In this document: piece after piece, positions 59,408-64,000 of the stretch
Numbering within the stretch: the first letter of the stretch is position 1
Layout of the letters: each line of letters opens with the position of its first letter
NCBI GenBank assembly: GCA_051294905.1
Contig: CM119381.1
Location: forward strand, 21,514,001 to 21,578,000
Reading direction: 5' to 3'
Origin: Botryllus schlosseri
Lineage: Eukaryota
DNA: 64,000 nt
Translations under genes and position numbers: made by a program
The notes under the pieces: model-generated
The model's input: only the letters and a program-made list of their open reading frames with translations
What the model was told of the DNA's origin: nothing
The model's database searches: none

Positions 59408-59980
59408 CTCTCGACCCGTACGGATGACGACACTAAGTCAGATTGTTTCATCTTTTATGCTAAACCCTCCAAAGCATTACTTACTATTTTCTATTGCTGA
59501 ATATTGAGCGCTTCATCGCTCGCCTGCCTGTATATAAATGCCGCGGATATGGATGAAACGGATAAAGGGGCACAGAGCGCACTTCAGTTAATGTTCACAA
59601 ACTGATGAAAACTGGAGTGTGTATTCCTGCAAAGTATAGTGCCGTGGTTTTCCTGGGCTGCTGCGCATATTCCAAAATTGATTTAATAATTTTTGATACG
59701 CTAAACCGCTGAAACGCTGAATGGTAATTGTATTTTGTCGATATACAGTTATCGGCAGCCCTTATCAGTTTATATTCGTCACAACTTGAGATATATAGTC
59801 ATGTTCAGCCACAAAACATTCGATGGCTGCTTTATCACGATTGCACGAGTTCAATTACGAATATCGGTGGATTTGAGATTTGTAGTCACAGTTCACACAT
59901 CGACCGTTGATTCATCGCATCATGTGCCGCTTGCTCTGCTTTGGCAGAATCGAAGTTCGGATTACTGATCGCTAGCGTGA

Positions 59981-59986
59981 TTTATT
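59981..59986 (-). terminator. Candidate polyadenylation signal (AATAAA) of the hub-domain gene
   Basis: About 690 nt downstream of the stop codon on the - strand. Also retained in the paralogous segment (2052-2057). Confidence 0.35.
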
Positions 59987-60671
59987 GACATTGTGCTCAG
60001 GCTATGCAAGTCAAGGAATAGTTTTACATAGTGCCCTATTGAAGATCTATTTTCTTCTGTCGAAAGTCACACTGCGGTGAATTATATGCGTACCAGGGCT
60101 AACAGTCATGACGAGACTATATATAACTCACAAAGACAGCATATACCCACGTTGTAGTGATATTAGCGTTATTTGTGGCATTCTCGTAGTCCAGTTGAGG
60201 TTATAGATCAAACATCACAGACCAAGCTAAATTAAGCAGAAACTGGTGTTCGCCGCACAAATTTCCACCGATGGGGTCGCATGTTGCTTGCAGAGAGATT
60301 AGCCACCGTTGAAGTAGTGTTTTCGGAACATGGCTAAGAACTGCAGTAGGGATAGTTTGACTCGCACTCCGAAGAATAACTAACTGAAACGAGCACAAGA
60401 CGACTGACCAGATATTTAATCGTTCATTACTGTACAATGTATATTTTCGTAACAGAATGCGTCAAGTCGATTAAAAACCGTAATAGCTACTGATGCGATC
60501 AAACATACCATAGATATTAAAGCGACGACTATAGTTCTATAAAATTCATCGAATTGAAATAAAATATTTCCTCAGAAATTGAAGGAAGCGAACTCACAAA
60601 CTCTCGATCAACGTCGACACAGGTCAGTTTGGCAGACGGGCAGCCCGAATGTCCGAATAAGTTTGATCAAA

Positions 60672-61319
60672 CTACCCATCTAAAACCTGACGCCGCTTTA
60701 AGAGCCACAAGTCGTTCTGCCGTTTCCAAATCAGTTCCTCCTCGCAGATATGGCGGACGACGTCTTCGTTTCTTTTCAAGATGCGAGTAACCCGGTCGAA
60801 ACGAATCGAAACTCTATCTTCGTCTAGGATACAAGTGCTCGGATATCTGACGGCAATATTCATGGCCAGGTCGCCTTCCCTTATTGTTTGCGTGTAGAAG
60901 TGGGTCCTGTGGTTTAAAATCCCTTGTACGACTCGCGTCGTTGCTGGAAACCCAACGTCAACGCATTCAGGCGACAGCAAGGTCTTATACGCCTCGTAAT
61001 CGCGGTCGATAATACTTTGCAGCAGACGCCGCGTGCTAAGCAACGCCGATTCTTTCAAACCCCACATCTCGTCACTGTCATCAACTTCACGATGCATCGG
61101 CGGCATAGTCACCACAGACTCAACAGGGCTTGTGTCGTACGCGACGGATTGGCTGCGATTCCAAACTGAATTTACTCGTAAAACGGGGCGCTGGCGACGT
61201 CTCAAGAGAGGAGCTTCTTCTTCCCGTCCGCTCTCGCGGCCGACGAAGTCTCGCACGAAGCAGCGAATGTCCACCGCTCGTTGCAAAGCCTCGGCCAAAA
61301 ACCTGCTAAAACTCGCCAT
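60672..61319 (-). CDS. Intronless 215-aa stand-alone CaMKII association (hub)-domain protein, no kinase domain
   Basis: The C-terminal ~130 aa align by eye to the CaMKII hub. [23 protein letters not shown] corresponds to [35 protein letters not shown] to LVEGMDFHRFYF, and RVTR..[14 protein letters not shown] to RLTQ..SEETRVWHRRDGKW. There is an in-frame TGA 11 codons upstream of the ATG. Confidence 0.85.
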   Translation of the reverse strand: [215 protein letters not shown]

Positions 61320-61687
61320 TACCTCACGAAGGACAGCCCACCAAAAAAATCAAACTATATTCTGGCCAATCCACTCTGCACAAAGCGCTTGGTTCTACCA
61401 TCGCTTGGGACTTGAGTAACTACATACGATTGATTCTATGCCAATCACTGCTTTAGATGTGAACACCTTCCAATCATTACGCTACTCAATCAGATGAGGC
61501 TCAATCAAGTGGTATATCCGTCCAACAGGTAAGCATTACCATGTCTTATCAGCTTTCGCCAAACCCAGCACACCGCTGATGAAAATGCTATTGTGCTTTG
61601 GTGACGTAGTTTTAGCAAACGAATCACATTGCTATATGGCAGACAGGTTTATCAACTTTTAATAAAACTAGTGAGCAGAATACTTAC

Positions 61688-61770
61688 CGGATTAGCATGA
61701 CTTGTATTTGAACTTTGACATTAGTTCGGCTTTAGACATGGTTCAGGATTTCCCGCTTCTTTTAGATCAA
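61688..61770 (-). other. Putative 83-nt non-coding 5' exon of the hub-domain gene
   Basis: atattcag|TTGATC...AATCCG|gtaagt. Stops occur in all three frames, and it contains a 15-codon uORF. Splice signals are conserved in the paralogue at 3137-3219. Confidence 0.4.
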
Positions 61771-61981
61771 CTGAATATGGAATCGTTTGATTCTCGGATT
61801 TAAAAAAAACATTCCGTTCCAGCGTTCACGTTACATGACTGGACAATCGGCATGCTACTACAATTCGTTTGAAACAGCAGCTGATCATGTGTAGCTGGAT
61901 ACAAAATCTAGGATTATTCAATGCGATCTCTCCATTTTGAATACTGTGCAGCAGCAAAACTTAATTCTCATCTCTCTACGA

Positions 61982-62100
61982 CAGGGGTGTCAAACTTAAT
62001 TCGGGTCCTGGACCGGACTATTCAAATCATGCTAAAATGTTACATTCAAATCCATGCCTTATACTTAATCGCTGGAATGCTTCATCATCAAGCCTGTATA
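61982..62100. mobile_element. Left end of a Buster-like MITE; a second left end (cagtggttcttaacc) starts at 62203
   Basis: caggggtgtcaaac follows the target-like ctctacga. The right end was not found, so the stated end coordinate is arbitrary. Confidence 0.5.
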
Positions 62101-63464
62101 CATTTTTGCAAAGGACGGGGACCTTTAGAGTCAGAATTTATACAGCCGCACTACCACAGATATTTGCATTATATCTTTGTTCAACTATTTTATTTTCTAT
62201 ATCAGTGGTTCTTAACCGGTGATACACGGAACACTAAGGTTTACTTGAGCCAGTCTCAGGGATTCCATGGAGGACAAGACACACACTCAACTTATACATA
62301 TGATTTATGATGATTAGGGCGAATTATTTTACCTAAAACGGGAAATTTTCACCTATAAAATGATAATTCTGACATTTTTTAACATACAAAAACTTAATTT
62401 TGAACAAATTTTGACCTCAGGTATGTAAATTAGGTGTTTTCGCACATAATGTTAGAATTGTACTACTTATCCTCATTTCTGGTTGGAACTGTGTGTCCTT
62501 ACGAAGTAGTCTGGCCTGAAAAACACTCTTTCGGTCCGAAAACTGCTGCGTGTCCTATATGGTAAAAATATTTTTTTTTAAATTTTAGAATAACGAAAGG
62601 TACGTTACTACATTCTCGGGTAGGAAGAGTCTGTCGTAATTAAGTAGCTTGCCAAGAATGGAGTAAGAACGTTTAACAGTAGCTGTAGTTGGCTGTCACG
62701 TATGGAGTTGTGCATACAGTGCTGGTGACATACCGTATTACTTCATTCTGACAATGATGTCAACATCACAATTTTTCATCATGCGCTTTTTGATGTAAGA
62801 ACCAATGCCCGCGCAGTCTTGCTTCGGTTAGAATATGGTGGTACGTTGAGCATAACACCATGACAACCTGTTTGTTTCATTTGACAATGAGTAGAGAATG
62901 GGTCGTCTACAACGGTAGGCATATAGAGTGGGGTACATAGGCTGTAAAATGTAAAATTATGTGTTCACCGACAGTGCAAACATCTACGATACAAACAAAT
63001 GCAGGTTGCAAAAAAAAAATTCACTTTGTTTTACTTTTTACTTCCTTTTTTTGACCTAACGCTACAATTTTGACAGAATTCTGACTTATTTTGACGTGTC
63101 GAAGAACTCGCCCTAATGTTGATATGTCTTGGCCATCATCTTACGTTTCGACCAAACAATACGATGACATCATATTCCAAGGTTTAGCCTCGCATTTCTG
63201 AACTAGTATCAGAAAGGGAACAGCACATGTCAGGCTGATTTTTCATAAAGATTTTCTATAGCCGATTTTTCATAGTTATATATATGTGCGCTGTGATAGA
63301 TTTTTGTATTTAAGACACAACGAAAATTTTGGGGTTCCGCGAAGGCTTGCAGATTAGCGTAATTGTTTCCTGCTGGTATAAATAACTTGCATATAACGGT
63401 TTCGCGTTGGCCCTTTCACCTGTCTGTATACATACCTTTTTGAATAGTATATTCATATTAAAAT

Positions 63465-63510
63465 GAACCCGAATATTTTCGGCTGACACTCGTCAGGGGT
63501 AATCGTCAGC
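63465..63510 (-). ncRNA. Intact minimal hammerhead ribozyme (left arm of palindrome)
   Basis: Exact reverse complement of 63597-63642. Confidence 0.8.
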
Positions 63511-63596
63511 AACTAGTAGAGAATTCGAAAGAACAGCGTATATCAACAATAGTACGATTGTTGATATACGCTGTTCTTTCGAATTCTCTACTAGTT

Positions 63597-63642
63597 GCTG
63601 ACGATTACCCCTGACGAGTGTCAGCCGAAAATATTCGGGTTC
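63597..63642 (+). ncRNA. Intact minimal type I hammerhead ribozyme (right arm of palindrome)
   Basis: ACCC(63607-10)/GGGU(63637-40) form helix I. CUGACGA 63611-17; G-C helix II closing the loop UGUCAGC; GAAA 63627-30; palindromic AUAU loop; UUC cleavage triplet 63634-36. Loop II is complementary to the upstream GCUGAC (63597-602). Confidence 0.82.
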
Positions 63643-63986
63643 ATTTTAATATGAATATACTATTCAATTGTATATTGAAGTTCTGTACCTCAAAGAAGCT
63701 GTTCACATACCTTTTTGTCCATTTTCCAGAAAACTCCGAACTGAGTGTTGACTTTTTGCCTTTTCGGCATTTGGTATCGATGTCACCTACTTATCACTAA
63801 CGATGACTAGAGTTAAAAGGCAATACGATCGCCGAATGGTCATAATGTGCGGCATCCAAGCATGTTGATGTATAAAATTTGCTGTCTTCTGGCTTTATAG
63901 TAAAAGTATTAGTATAGTAAAAGTATGCTTATCGTATAATATCAACATATTTAAAAGAAATGTTCTGGATAATAGCATATTACAAG

Positions 63987-64000
63987 TAGGCTTACCATAT
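63987..64000. mobile_element. Start of another TAGGCTTACCATA-family MITE cut by the window edge
   Basis: taggcttaccatat is identical to the start of 9361. Confidence 0.6.

Larger units (their letters stand above)
59585..61981. repeat. Segmental duplication copy 2 (paralogous to ~1010-3406)
   Basis: See copy 1. This copy holds the intact gene. Confidence 0.9.
63443..63704 (+). mobile_element. Penelope-like pseudo-LTR hairpin insertion (family 1)
   Basis: Palindrome 63440-63667 (centre gtac, 1 mismatch) plus a 37-nt unpaired 3' tail. 13-bp TSD acatacctttttg (63430-63442, 63705-63717). The arm sequence is the 3' end of the GIY-YIG-bearing copies at 27390 and 40119. Confidence 0.9.

Noticed and set aside
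60924-61419. + strand ORFs 60924..61169 and 61033..61419
   Set aside because: These are antisense shadows of the GC-richer hub-domain ORF with no recognisable motifs.

Overview
Animal genomic DNA: AT-rich, GT-AG spliced, and dense in MITEs. A marine invertebrate such as an ascidian is plausible but is only an inference. The supplied ORF track is mostly noise because the main gene is highly spliced. (1) One + strand gene spans most of the window. I hand-spliced 42 coding exons (8963..55700, 4833 nt, 1610 aa, all junctions GT-AG and in frame). The product is signal peptide-CUB-CUB-[CUB-LDLa-protease]x3-Ser/Thr stalk-hydrophobic C-terminal (GPI-like) tail. Protease 1 (R|IVGG, chymotrypsin-like pocket) and protease 2 (L|IIGG, narrow pocket) have complete catalytic triads. 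Protease 3 has lost His, Asp and Ser. (2) The gene is flanked by two copies of a ~2.4 kb duplicated segment about 58.6 kb apart. This segment carries an intronless, kinase-less CaMKII association (hub) domain gene on the - strand, intact at 60672..61319 and pseudogenised at ~2359..2793. (3) Introns and intergenic DNA hold more than 25 non-autonomous hAT-type elements with 8-bp TSDs, a tRNA-derived SINE, and Penelope-like retroelement pieces from two families. The Penelope 3' ends encode minimal hammerhead ribozymes with a covarying pseudoknot. Two of these insertions are TSD-flanked hairpins, including a near-perfect 228-bp palindrome at 63440..63667. All alignments and coordinates were worked out by eye, and no database searches were run.
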